Assembly (NCBI GenBank): GCA_014905635.1
Contig: JABVCE010000003.1
Coordinates: forward strand, 558,001-622,000
Direction of reading: 5' to 3'
Source: Scenedesmus sp. PABB004
Lineage: Eukaryota
Length of the DNA stretch: 64,000 nt
The notes beneath the pieces are model-generated. The model saw only the letters and a program-made list of their open reading frames with translations, was not told the DNA's origin and did no database searches. The position numbers were made by a program, and so were the translations under genes. Shown here piece by piece: positions 37,366 to 49,752 of this stretch (position 1 is its first letter; every line of letters begins with the position of its first letter).

Positions 37366-38157
37366 TGGGCGGGCGGTGTTCGTCGCGGATCGAGGGAAAC
37401 ACGCGCTGGCCTTGTTTTGGCTGGCGTCACCACCGCGCGGTGGCGGCGCCCGCGCCGCCGCTGCCGTCCTGCGCGCGCGCCAGCCCGCCAGCGGCGCCCG
37501 GGCGTCGTACGAGGCTGCTGGCAGCTCCCGGTGCAGGCCGCGCGGCAGGAAAGACCGTCGATTCCAGAGCCCAGTGCTGGAATTCTGCGCTCTGCGGATC
37601 CAGCTGTGCCGCCGCCGGCCCACGAGACCGTGCAATCCCAGAGTCGACCAAACGCGCCCACGGCCGCAGCCGGCAGCGCGCGAGCTGGCTGCTTAGCCAA
37701 GCGCGCGGCCAATACAGGCGCCGGGCGACGCGCGCCCGCACGTCCGTCGCTCCTGCAAGCGTGGATCGCGACCCGAGGCGCAGCGCGCCCTCGGCGCGGC
37801 CAGCGCGCGAGCTCGCTGCCACCTTCGTCATCAGCCTCCTGTCGCCGCGCACGGTGCGCCCGTGGGGCGTCTGCCTGCGCTGTGGGCGCGGCGCTTTGCG
37901 TGCCTGCGGTCGCGCTGTCCGGCGCGCCCGCGCGGGGCTCGACGGCGCGGCGCGGAGGGCGTGCGGATGCGCGGCCGCGAGGCGCCGTGGCCCCGCCGGC
38001 CGCGCGATGGCGCGCCGGCCGCCCCGGCCCGGGCGTGAGGCCGTGACGCGCGCCTGCGGCGCCGCACGCTCGGCGTGCAGTCTCACTTTACAGAAGCAGC
38101 AGCGAGGATCCCCTCCCACAGGCCCCACGCCCCCGCCCGCCCACGCAGGCAGGCGTT

Positions 38158-38805
38158 ATGGCGAGCTGCTGCACCAGCGCCAGCGGTGACGCCTGCTCCA
38201 GCGCGCCTGGTCCGGCGCGGCGCGGCACCGCGGCTGCCGCGCGGCGCTGGGCGCCGTACGCGGCGGCCGGCAAGCACGCGCCCCCGCGGCGCGGCGCGGC
38301 GGAGAGCGACAGCGCGGAGACGGCCGTGGCCGCCGACGCGCCCTTCCCTGCGGTCATCGCGACGCGCCTGAGGGACCAGGCGCCGGTGAGGGCCGCGCTG
38401 GCGCGCCCGCGCCGCCGCCGGCATGGCGCGTGCGCCGCGCGCGCGTGCGCCGCGCGCACGCGCCCGCTGCCCACGCCCCCGCGTCCCCCCGTGCGCGCCG
38501 CGCAGGCCGAGCTCACGGGCATCGCCATCCAGCTCTGCGAGGCGGCGCTGGCCAAGACGCAGGCGGCGCTCGTCTCGGCCCTCGCGTGCTGCGCGGAGAG
38601 CGGGGACCCCGCAGCGCAAGAGGCCGCGCTGCAGCGCGCGGAGGCGGCGATGGCCTGCACCACGCGCCGGCTGCTGCTGGCGCGCAAGCTGGCCGCGGCG
38701 ACGCTGGCGCACGCGGCGCAGCAGGAGGGCGGGGACGACGGCGGCGACGACAGCGCGGAGGGCGCCGGCGAGGTGAGCAGCACCCTCCGCGCGTGCGCGG
38801 CGTGA
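38158..38805 (+). CDS. Small hypothetical protein; 2 exons (intron 38386-38505)
   Basis: ATG, GTGAG..GCAG in-frame intron, helical Ala/Leu-rich second exon, acidic end. No family recognised. Confidence 0.55.
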   Translation: MASCCTSASGDACSSAPGPARRGTAAAARRWAPYAAAGKHAPPRRGAAESDSAETAVAADAPFPAVIATRLRDQAPVRAALARPRRRRHGACAARACAARTRPLPTPPRPPVRAAQAELTGIAIQLCEAALAKTQAALVSALACCAESGDPAAQEAALQRAEAAMACTTRRLLLARKLAAATLAHAAQQEGGDDGGDDSAEGAGEVSSTLRACAA

Positions 38806-40134
38806 CCGAGCAGGGAGTGTGCGCGGCGGCACCCGATCTGTGCATCCCAGCAGCATGTGCGCGGACGGAAGGGCTGCTGAGCGTGTGCCCAGCTCCCGTG
38901 CATTGATCCGTGGTCGGCAGCAACAACAAACAGCAAACCATTGGTGTGGTTGGCCTGTCGTTGGCGATGTTGCTCAAGCACCCCGCGCGCGCCGCCGCCC
39001 GCGCTCTGCAACGGCGGCGGCGCGCCGGGGGGCGGTGGACGCGGCTTTGATTGCGCCGCCGCGCGGCCCAAGTGGCAGCACTGGCTCGTGCGTGCTTTGC
39101 TCGCACACGTGCTGTGAGCCGGGGGGGGTTTCTGCCGTGGAGCCGCCGCTTTGGTCTGTGTGTGTGTGTGAGCCGCTGCGGCTCTGCTCGCCGTGCGCCA
39201 GCGGCACACACAATGCATGGCTCAATGATGTGCGACGCTTGCTTAAGCAGCACTGCTTACAGAGTTCAGGGGCGTGAGGGAGGGGGCGGGGGCGCGGCTG
39301 CCAGTCACCTGCCAGCTGCCTTGTTTCATGCTCCACTCTCATTCCTTGTGTGTGTGTGTATATACATCACTGCAGCACACGCGTGCTCACGGAGAGGCCC
39401 TCGCGGGGCCAGCGTGGTGTGCATCGATTTCTGCCCCGCGGCCTTTGCTTTGCTGCTCCGCTTGGCGTGCACCAGATTCTGCCACCCCAACCCAACAGAC
39501 CAACAGGCACTGGCCCGTGTGCCGAGTTGGCCAGGCCAGGGGAGAGAGCTTGCCGCGGCATGACTGCCGCGCCCTGATTGTCTTGATGGTCTCGCGCGCG
39601 CGGGCATCCATTGCGTTGGCTCCGGTCGCTGCCTGTGTGGCTTTGGTTCCGGTGTCTGGGCGATTGCTCGATTGATCGCCATCGACCGTGCGTGCCAGCA
39701 CGGCGCCGGCGCCGGGAGGGGCGCAGCACCCCTGCTTGACGGCTTGATGGCTTGCAGCAGCGCGGGCAAGGCACTGCTGTCCCTCTGAGCAAGCAAAGCG
39801 CTCGTAGGACTGGACTCGCCCGCGCGCGCACGGCGGACGGTGGCACGCACCACCCCCACCCGCTGCTGCGGCCGCGGCTCGGCTCCCTGCACTCGCCAAT
39901 CGCGCCGGTCTTTGCCGGCGCTGCATCCCTTGATCTGGCCGATCAAGGCCGCCGGCGGCACGCACCCACGTTGGCCATCGCGTTCGGGCCTCGGCTTGAG
40001 CGATTCCTGGGCCTTTGCTGAGAGGGGGGCTGCCTGCAAAGTAGTGGCGTGACATGTACGATATCGGTTTGATGCGGTGTGTGACATGCACGGGTGTTAC
40101 TGCGTGGGGGTCAGGTGAGGTAAAGGTGTGCGTT

Positions 40135-40197
40135 GCGTTGGGTTCAGCGTTGGGTTCAGCGCCCCCTGGTCAGCGTTGGGTTCAGCGCCCCCCGGTC
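40135..40197. repeat. Short tandem repeats (GCGTTGGGTTCA x3 within a ~25-nt period)
   Basis: Read directly; lies in the 3' region of the SBP56-like gene. Confidence 0.75.
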
Positions 40198-40295
40198 GCC
40201 GCCGCGTCGGCCGCGGGCCAGCCCTGGCTGCAGCGCCGCCCGCCCGCCGCCCGCCGCCCCCGTGCGCCCGCCGCGGCCGCGCCGCGCGCATGCGC

Positions 40296-42863
40296 TCAGG
40301 CCGCCGGGACGGGCACCGCCTTGAAGGCCATGCCGTGCGGCCGCGCGGGGCCCTTGTGGGGAAAGAGGGACTTGAAGTCGATCACGGGGCCGGGCGTAAA
40401 CCCGGCCGGCGTGACGCCAAACAGGCGCACGGCGCGCTCATTGACGTTGGTGAAGGGCGCGCCCACGCCGAGGCCGCCGCCGTGCTGGACGTAGTAGGTC
40501 GACACGGCGGCGAGCTTCTCGCCCGGCGCGAGCACCGTCGCGTGCGGGCCGGCGCCGCGTGGCAGCGACGCGCTCTGCAGCACGCGCACGGCGGCGAGGT
40601 CGGAGATGTCCAGCAGCTGAACCTGCGCGGCGAAGCAAAAGGGGGCGGCGGCGGGCGGCCCGCGGGGTCGGGGGCGGCAGGCCGGGCGCGGGCGCGCGCG
40701 CCGCGCGCGCGCCGCGCGCGTGCGGGCCTCGCGCCGCGAGCGCGCCGCGCGCTGGGTGATCCGCGAGCGAGCGCGCGCGCGCGCCGCCGCGCCTCGTCGG
40801 TGTTGTAGAGCGACACCAGCACGCGCGTGTTGTTGGCAAACGGCGCAGAAAGCACGCAGTGGCCGTCGCCAACCTTGAAGTCGTAGATCTGGCGGGCCGC
40901 CCCGGCGCGCGGCGGCGCGGCGTCGAAACACGCGCGGCGCCGGGGCGGCGCGCGGCGCGCGGCCGTGCCGGCGGCCCCGGCGCAGCGCGCGGCTGGCCCG
41001 GCGCGCGCGCGGCCGCGGCGTCGGCGCACCGGCGTGGCGGTGCCTGCGAGGGCGTCGAGGCGGTAGAGCACGCCGTGGCCGGCGGTGATGAGGAACTGGG
41101 CGCCGTTGTCCTTGCCGGCGAGGTAGCGCGCGGTCATCAGGCCCTGCGGTCCAGCGCGGGGCGCGGCAGGGGGGCGCGGCGCTGTCAGCGGCGTCCAGCC
41201 CGACCATGCGCCCGGGCCGGCGCAGGCCAGCCTAGGGTGGCGCGCGCGCGGGCCCGCCCCACCTTGGCGACCGGGCCGATGTCGATGACCTTGACGATCT
41301 CACGCGTCTTGGTGTCCCAGATGCGCGCAGTCGTGCGGTAGCTGCGCGGCGGCGACGCGGCGGCGCGGGGGCGGTGAGACGCGAGCGCCCGACGCGCCCG
41401 ACGCGCCCGACGCGCCGCGCGCGTGGCTCACTTGATTTTGGTTGAGGGCTTGAAGGTGGTGTTGTACTCCACATAATCGAGCGTCACAAAGCGGCCGACG
41501 GTCGGGGCCTGCGGGCGGCGCGCGGCGCCGGCGCGCGTTGATGGTGCTGTGCAACCAACACGCGCAGCCGGCCGGCAGGCGGCGGCGCGCGGCGCGGCGG
41601 CGCGGCGGCGCGCGTGCGGCGCGGCCCCGCGTGCGCGCCGTGAGCGCGAGGCCGTGGGGGTTGAAGCCGTCAGTGTTGGCCCCCGAGCGCGGGTGCTCGG
41701 CGACGAGGTTCAGCCCGGCGTCGACCTCCGCCACGCGGCCCGACCCGCCGCCTGCGGGGCGGTCGGCGCGGTCGCCGGCGCGGCCGGCGGCGGCCGGCGC
41801 GCCGCGCCCTCGCCGCCCCCCGCGCCGCCGCCGCCCTCACCCCCGTGCGCGCCCCCGCCCGCGCACGGCGCCCGCGCGTGGTGCTGAAGCGCACCGTCGG
41901 CGGAGCCCATGAGCGAGACCAGGAAGCCGCCGGTGGGCAGGCGGATGAGGTCGTCGGCGACCGCGTGGCTGGGGGCGAGCGACTTGATGAACTTGGGCGC
42001 CGCTGGGTTGGTGGCGACGTCGAAGAAGTACAGCGACGGCTGCCCGTAGCGCCAGGAGTTGAAGCCGCCCACGCCGAGCACCTGGCGCGCGACACGGCGC
42101 GGTGAGTGGCGGCAGGGCGCCGGCGGCCCGCGCGGGCTGGCGCGAGCCCAGGCGCCGCACCGTCCCGTTGATGTTGAGGCCGACGTGGTGCGGCTCGTTG
42201 CCCGACGTCGGCGCGTCGGCCTCGGCGATGACCTGGCCGTAGCAGGGGCTGCCGGCGGTCACATCAATGACCGCCACAAAGTCATTCGCCACCGTGGCGG
42301 CGGCCCAGCCGGCCGCGCGCACGCGCGCCAGGCCCGACGCGCCCACCCCGTTCTCCACGCCCGCCCAGACGTACAGGTAGAGCCGCGTCGCGTTGGCGCC
42401 GGTCGGCTTCCAGCCGCCGACGTCGCAGCGCGCGGGTGGCGCCGCGGCGGGCTTGGCGGCCGCCGCGGCCGGCCCGGCGGTGGCCGCGGCGGGCTTGGGG
42501 GCAGCCGCGGCCGGCCCGGCGGTGGCCGCGGCGGGCTTGGCAGCCGCCGCTGCGGGCTTGGCGGCCGCCGCGGCGCCCACCGCGGCGGGCTTGGCGGCCG
42601 CTGCGGGCTTGCTGGCGGGTGCGGTGGTGGTAGCGACGGCCTTCCTGAGCTCGCTGAGCGGGCGGGGCAGGGCCAGCGCCGGCGTCACCGCGCCTGCGCA
42701 GCGCGGCGGCACGGCGGCGAGCGTGGGATGAGCGCGCGGGGCAGTGCGCAGGCGCGATGGACGAGACGGCCTCTCAATTGCCCTCACCGCAGGCGATCAG
42801 GAGCAACAGGCCAGCGCGCGCGCTGGCGCGCGGCCTGGCGCACGACGCGCGGGAGGCCTGCAT
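40296..42863 (-). CDS. Secreted selenium-binding protein (SBP56)/methanethiol-oxidase-like beta-propeller; ~9 exons
   Basis: Signal-peptide-like MQASR..GLLLLIACGAVTPALA, Ala/Lys/Pro repeat linker, YLYVWAG, DFVAVID..SPCYGQVI, GNEPHH, FLVSLMG..GRVAEVD, FNPHG, GAGPH, ARPHGMAFK. Confidence 0.8.
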
Positions 42864-43398
42864 GGCGAATTGAGCAACGTACGCAGCCTTTGTCCACCCG
42901 CAGAATTACAACGGGCTTGCAATTGTGTTGTGAGAGCGGCGGGAGCGTCGCGCGCGGCGGGAGCGCGGAGTATCGACCTCGCGACCGTTCCCGCAGGACT
43001 CCGTTCCCGCCCCTACTACGGACGAGGCCGCGCCCGTCGCGCTTCGCGTCTCACGAGAGCGCTCGAGATGGCTGCCGGCCCCGCGGTGAGCTCGCTGGCG
43101 GCGAGAGCTGGCCGCGGCGGCGCGCTGGGCGTCGCGTGGTTGACGCGGCCCGTCCGATCCCCAGCGTTCGCCCTCCCAACGCAGACGGCTGCTTGTGCAG
43201 CAGCAGCAGCAAAAGCAGCGCATTCAAGAGCCGCTGGCCGCGGCGGCTCGCACACGCATGAGGAGCCGCCGGACCGCGCAGCAGCAGGCGAAGCCTCTGC
43301 CATGGCAGAGGCACTGGCCAGTGCAGTCCTGCCAGCGCGGCGCGCCGCGCCGCCGTGGTGCAGAGCCCGCGCGCCGCACACTCGGGGGAGATCGCTGG

Positions 43399-46300
43399 TC
43401 ACTGCGCCTTGGCGGCGCGGCCGTCGCCGCCGGCGGCGGCCTGCGGCGCGGCCTTGTCGCGCTTGGTCGGCAGCGGGACGATGTCGTTCGCGGGCGGCGG
43501 CTCCGCCCGGGCGGGCGCGCTCCGCCACGACGACGGCACGCCCGCGCCGCTGCCTTGGGGGGGCGCCGGTGCCGCCGCCGCCGCCGCCGCCGCCACGGCG
43601 GCCTCGTGCGCGTCGTGTGCGTCGTCGACCTCCTCGTCCATGCTGAGGCTGAAGGTCGCCAGGCTCGCGGCGGGACTGCCGGCGCCGCCTCCGGCGCCAG
43701 CGCCGCCGCCCGGCGCCGCGGCCGGCGGCGGCGCCGCTGTGGCCATGAGCAGCGAGCGCGGGCTGTCGCTGCTCGCCGCGGCGCTGCTCTCGACGACCGC
43801 GGCCATCGGCGAGCTGCCCCGCATGCTCATCCCGGTCACGGTGCTGTCCCTGTGTGACCGGCGGGGCGGGGCGGAGCCGCGGCTCGGCGCAGCCCTGCCC
43901 GCGTGGCGCGGCGGCGGCGGCGCAGCGAGCTCAGCGCACGCCGCACCTGCTCTGCAGCGGCCCGCCCTCGCCGTAGTCCCAGTCGCGGCTGCTGAGCATG
44001 GGCGGGTCGCGCTCGCGCGGCGAGAGGTCGCGGTCAGAGGGGCCGAGGCCCTTCTGCTGCCGCCGCACGAGGCCCCAGTAAATGCCCTGCGCTGCCAGCA
44101 GCTCCGCGTGGCTGCCCTGCTCGGCGACCTGGCGGCGCCGCGCCGCGGCAGCGGGGGTCGGCGGGCGCGGGTGTCGGCGCGCGCGGCAGGCGGCGCCCTC
44201 GACGGGCGCACGACGGCAGCGGGGAACGGGCCGCGCCCACGCTCGTCCCGGCGCACCTTGCCCTTGTCGAGCACCACGATGGTGTGCGCGTTGCGCACCG
44301 TGCTGAGGCGGTGAGCGATGACCAGGACCGTGCGCGCGCCCACGCCGCCCGCCTCGCTCGGCTGCATCGCCCGGTCCAGCGCCTGCGGTCGCACGTGGCG
44401 CGGCCGTCGGGCGCGCGAGCCGCGCCCGAGCCCCCCGGCGCCGCGCCCGAGCCCCGCGGCGCCGCGCGCGCCGCGCGCGCCGCCGCCGCGGGCGCGCCTG
44501 CTGCACCAGCGCCTCGCTCTCCGCGTCGAGCGCCGACGTGGCCTCGTCGAGGATGAGCAGCCCGGGGCGGCGCACGAGCGCGCGCGCGAGCGCGATGCGC
44601 TGGCGCTGCCCACCCGAGAGCAGCTTGTCGGTGACGAGCGTGTCGTAGCCCTGGGGCAGCGACGCGATGAACTCGTGCGCGTTGGCCGCGCGCGCCGCGT
44701 CCTCGACCTCCGCCTGGCTCGGGGCGAAGGGGCAGCCGTACGTGATGTTGTCGCGCACGCTCAGCCCAAAGAGCCGCGGCTCCTGGCTGACCACACCGAG
44801 GCGGCTGCGGTACCACGCCGCGTCGAGGTGGGTGAGGTCGGTGCCGTCGACCAGCACCTGGCCCTCTGCGCACGCGGCGGCGCCGGGCGCACGCGGCGGC
44901 GCCGGGCGGGCGCGGCGGCCGGGCACGGCGTGACGCGCGCGGCGAAGGCGCAGGCGGCGCCAGCCGGGGGCGGCGTGACGCGCGCGGCGAAGGCGCAGGC
45001 GGCGCCAGCCGGGCGGGCTGGCGCCGCGTCGTGCGGCGGCGAGCGCGCCGCCCGGGCGCCCGCCGTGGCGGCGCACCCGTGGGGTCGTAGAGGCGCTGCA
45101 GGAGCGCGACGAGCGTGCTCTTGCCGCTCCCGCTCAGCCCGACCAGCGCGACGAGCTTGCCGGGCTGGAGCCACAGGTCCACGCTCGCCAGCGCGGGCGT
45201 GTCGGGCCTGCGCGCGCGCGGGGCGAGGCGCGCCGGGGCGGGCGCTCGGGCGGCGGGCGCCGCCGCCGCTGCTTCTGCTGCGTCCGCTGCTGCTGCTGGC
45301 GCCGCCGGCTCACCGCGTGGGGTAGGTGTACGACACGCCGCGCAGCTCCAGCTCGCCCCGGAACACGCCGCCCGGCGGGACGATGCCGGGCGCGATCTGG
45401 GGCGCGGGCGGGTCGTTGAGGTGCTGCAGCACGCGCTCGCTCGCGCCGATGGCCTGCCGCGGCGGCGGGCGCGGGCGCCGGGTCAGCGGGCGTCAGCGGC
45501 CGCCGCCGCGCCTTGCGCCGCCGCCGCGCCGCGCCGCCGGCCCGCGCCGGCTGCACGCTGGGCTCACTTCCATCACCGCGCCGTACTGGTCGCACACGGC
45601 GAGGCTGGACGCGGTGACGAGCTGGACGTAGAACATGAAGCTGGTCAGCTGCTCCGCGCTGATGGCGCCCGCGTACACCATCCCGCCGCCGAGGAGCAGC
45701 GAGAGCGCGAGCGTCGCGTGGTGCGCGGTCGTGCCAGCGACGAGGTAGAGACCCCACGCCGCCGACTGGCGCATGCCCACCGAGTACAGCTTGCTGCGCG
45801 CGGCGCGGGCGCGGCGCGGCGCGCGCGGCGTGCGGGCGGGTGTGGGCGATGGCGGCGCTCACAGCGCCGCGGCGGCGACCGGTCGCCGGCCGCCGGCGCA
45901 GCACCCGTGCGCGGCCGGCCCCGTGCGCCGCAGCGTGTGCGTCGGCGCGCTGCTCACTCGAGCCAGCCCTTGTATCGGTCCTGCTCCTTCTGCTCGGTGC
46001 CAAACGTGCGCACGACGCGCAGCGCGCCGAGCGCCTCCTCCGCGCACGCGGTGCTGTTGGCGAGCACGTCCTGCACCACGCGCTGGCTGTGCCGGCTGTA
46101 GCTGCCGTAGAGCACGGTGAAGCCCCAGAGCACGCTGAAGATGGCCAGGCACAGCCCCGACAGCCGCGGCGACAGGCTGACCAGGATCGCGCCGCCGCCT
46201 GGGCGCACCGGGCGCGGTCGGCGCGGCGGTGAGGGCCGGCGGCGAGGGCCGGCGGCGAGGGCTGGCGGGCGCGGCGCGTGGCGCGGTGCGTGGCTGGGCC

Positions 46301-47290
46301 GGGCGTGAGCGCCTGCGAGGCGGCAGCGGCGGCAGCGGCGCGCACCGATGACCTGGACGAGGTTGCGCAGCGCGACGTTGACGTTGGTCGCGATGCAGCG
46401 CGTGATGGCGTAGCAGTCGCTCGTCAGCCGGCTCGTGAGCTGCCCCGGCTCCTGCAGGTCGTGGAACGACGCCGGCTCGCGCAGCAGCACGCCAAAGAGC
46501 CGGTACCTGCGGCGCGCCCGCGTCAGCCGCCTGTCGGTCAGCTTGCCGGCCGCCGGCGCGCGCCCCCGAGCACTCGCGCGCGGCCCCGTGCCGCGCCGCG
46601 CCTGAGCTGGCGGGAGAGCTTGTTGTTGATCACGCTGAACAGCGCGCCGCGGCCGGCCGCGAACGCGGCAAACCCGAGCGCGCAGGCGGCGTAGGCGGAC
46701 AGGTAGGAGTGGAAGAGGTCCTGCGGCACGGCCTTGGTCACGGCAAAGATGATCTTGCTGGTGTAGTAGGGGATCATGAGCTCACACAGCGACGCCGCGA
46801 TCTGGCGGCGCGCGGCGCGGCGGCGGCGGCGGCGGCGGCGGCGGGGCCGGCGCTCGGGGCGCGCGGCGCGCGAGCGCGTGTCGTGCGCGCCGCGGCCGGC
46901 GCGGGGTGCCGCAGCGCGCGCTGCGCTGCGGCCCGCGGGCTCGCGCACCATGAGCACCGCGGCCGCGGCGATGAGGCCGCGCTCGTGCGCGATGAGGCTC
47001 GCCGCCATCGCGACCGTGTCGGACAGCTTGCCCGTGTTTTTTTCGTTCTCCGCCGTCCCCACGTCCCACCACTCCGCCGCGCGCCGCCACCAGGGCCGCC
47101 GGGGCGCCGCCCCCGCGCCAGGCGCGGCGGCGGCGGCGGCCGCGGACGCGCGCGGCGCGAGCCAGGCCCGCCCCGGGCGCGGCGGCGGCGGCGCTGCCCG
47201 CGCGCCGAGCGGGCGCGGCGTCGCGCCCCGCCGCCGGGCGGCCGCCAGCGCCTGGCACCCTCCTCGCTGGGGGCACAGGGCAGCCGCCAT
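43399..47290 (-). CDS. ABC transporter B family half-transporter (TAP1/ABCB26-like) with probable plastid transit peptide
   Basis: TMD ([28 protein letters not shown]) and NBD ([53 protein letters not shown]). Confidence 0.92.
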
Positions 47291-47733
47291 GGCGCGCCGG
47301 TGGCCGGGGCTGGAGCTACTGCTGCGCCATCTCTCAGAGCGGCAGCCTGCTGCTGCGCCCGCCAATCACGACGCCCGCGCTGCCCGCGGGCGTCACGAGA
47401 TGTGCAGGCACGTGCCGTGCCTGGACGCGGGCGGGGCCACGATGCTGCGCAGCAAAGAAAAGGCGTGAGCGCGTGCCGCGGCGAGCGATGGGCGCGGGCC
47501 GGCTGTCCCGATGCGGAGGCGGCCGTGGTAGCGACACGTGCTGCGCGCGGCGCCGATTGCGGCGGCGGCGTCGCTGGCGGCTAAAATCGCCGCGGCGCAG
47601 CGCGCAGCGGTGCGCGGCAGTGACCAGCCCGTGGGGCGCGACGGCAGCTACCCCGCCATCACAGGAGCTCGCACGAGCGTGCGGCGCGCAACGACGCGGC
47701 GCGGTCGAGCGAGCACGGGGGGCTGGTCGCGTG

Positions 47734-47984
47734 TCAGGCCTGGTCACCGGGGCCCCGCCGCCGCATGACTGCCACGATCGAGTTGACCTCGCTGTCGGTG
47801 TCGCAGCCGCAGTCCTCGCTGCTGGTCTGGTGCCCCGAGCAGGTCGGCCCTGGGCTGCCGACAGGGGGCGGCACAGCCGCGGCGGCGCAGGCCGACGCCG
47901 CGCAGGCAGCCTCGAGGAGGAGCTCCTCCTCCTGCTGCCGCCGCTCCTGCTGGCCCCGCTGCTGCTGGCCCCGCTGCTGCTGGC

Positions 47985-48023
<39 letters not shown>

Positions 48024-49412
48024 GCTGCCGCCGGGGGGTCAGGCCAGCCGGCGGCGGCGGCGGCGGCGGCGACGACGCCAGCACCGCCGCCCCCGCGGCA
48101 CTGCGCCGCAGCGGTCCGCCGCGCACTGCCGGCGGCGCGCCGGGCTGCTCGCACGGGCTGCCGACGGCGCCGCGCCGCGGCGAGCCGCCGGGCCGCGGCG
48201 AGCCGCCGGGCCGTGGCGAGCTGCAGCCCGGGCCGCCGGCGGCGTGCGGCCGCGTCGCGTGGGGCTGCGCGCGCTGCGCCGGCGGCGCGCCCCGCTCTGG
48301 CTGCCGCCCTGCTGCGGCGGCCTTGAACAGCTCCTGCAGGCCCGCGGCCGCGGCTGCGTGCTCGTCGATCAGCGCGGCGACGCGGGGCCAGGGGCGCGTG
48401 GCCGTGCTGAGCGTGGTGTACCGCCAGCACACGGGCCCCGAGTACGCGGGATCGTGCTCGACCGGCAGCCCCAGGCGCACCTTGAGCAGCGCGTGGCCCC
48501 AGCCCCTGTGGCGCGGCCGCGCGGCGGGTGGTGGTGGGCGCTCGGCGCCGCGCGCGCCGCGTTGCCGCCGGAGCCGCGCGGCGTGCAGCCGCGCAAGGCG
48601 CGCCGGGGGCCGCTCGCCGGTATGCGTCGCGGTAGCTCTCTACCAGGCTCGACAGGCTGCCGTGCTGCAGCGGCAGCCTGTCCATGAGGTCGGGCCGCCG
48701 GCTGAGGCCGAGCGCGCCCCAGCGGCCGTCCGCCGCGTCCGACAGCGCGAGCACGATGTGCCGGTGCACCTGGCGGCACAGGCCCCCGACCGGGACAGCG
48801 CGGCGGGCGCGTCGGCGGGCGCGTGCGAGCTGCCGGCGCCGGCGACGAGCGCCCGCCCGGCACGCCCGCCGCGCCTGGCCGTCGGCACCGCGCGTCTTGA
48901 AGCTGACGGGCAGCCGCGCCAGCCCCGCCGCGCCCTGCGTGAGCAGCAGCGCCATGAAGGCCGCTTCGACGCATTTGATAGGCAGCGGCTCCCGCAGCAC
49001 GGCCGCTGCCGTGGCCAAGATTGCGGGCAGCGGGCGGGCGCCCTTGACGACGTCAAAGTTGTAGCCCGGGCTGTGGTTGTACGCGAGCGAAGTGATCACG
49101 CGCTGCGCCGCCTCCAGGCGCTCCGGCAGCGGCAGTGCGGCCAGCGCGGCCAGCTCGTCAGGCGAACAAGGCGGCCGCGGCGGCGGCGCAAGCCCCAGCG
49201 CCGTGAGCTCGGCGTCGGAGCAGGCCTTGATGAGGGTGAGCTGCGCGCGTGCGCGTGGGCGGGTGTGGGCCCGCGCGCAGGCTGCTGCGGCCAGCGCAGT
49301 GCACGCGCGGCGCGCGCACCGCGTCACCGCGCCGGGCGTCCGGGAGCGGCAGCGACTGCTGCAGCAGGCGCTCCAGCCGCCGAGCAGCGGGGCTGAGCGG
49401 CGGCGACGCCAT
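47734..49412 (-). CDS. VASH: Vasohibin-family tubulin carboxypeptidase (transglutaminase-like) with poly-Q tail; 4 exons
   Basis: LAYNHS, EPLPIKCVEA (catalytic Cys), LPVSFKT, HRHIVL (catalytic His), WGALGLSRRPDLM, YRDAYRGWGHALLKVRLG. Confidence 0.88.
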
Positions 49413-49752
49413 GCCGGCGCGCGGCGCGCAGCGCGCGCGTACTGCTGCGGCGGCGGCGGCGGCGGAGGTGGCGGCGGCGGCGCGACAGGCCGTGCCAGCT
49501 CGCAGGACGTGGTTCGGGAGCCTGCCCGATCGCTGTGCTCGCCCGACCGGGCGCCGCTGTTCTGCCGCCGCGCCCGTCGTGACGCCGCCCCCGCCGCCGC
49601 CGCGCCTCCTTCTCCACGGCCCGGCGTGCGCGCCGCTTCCAGCCGGCCTCGCCGCGCGGCAGCCAGGAGGACCCTGCGGCGCCGCGCTGCGTTGTTCGAA
49701 GCAAGCAGCGCTCGCTGCTCGCCCCCCGCGCTGCCATGGGCTGACGGGGGCC

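Noticed and set aside
40296..42863. Selenocysteine or stop-codon recoding in the selenium-binding-like gene
   Set aside because: The exons I traced join without in-frame TGA, and SBP56 proteins are not Sec-containing.
44926..45013. ~45-bp tandem duplication in an ABCB intron (also short duplications at 8150-8200, 18690-18760, 23345-23378, 41385-41415)
   Set aside because: Ordinary slippage duplications with no shared sequence or terminal repeats, so no evidence for introner elements.
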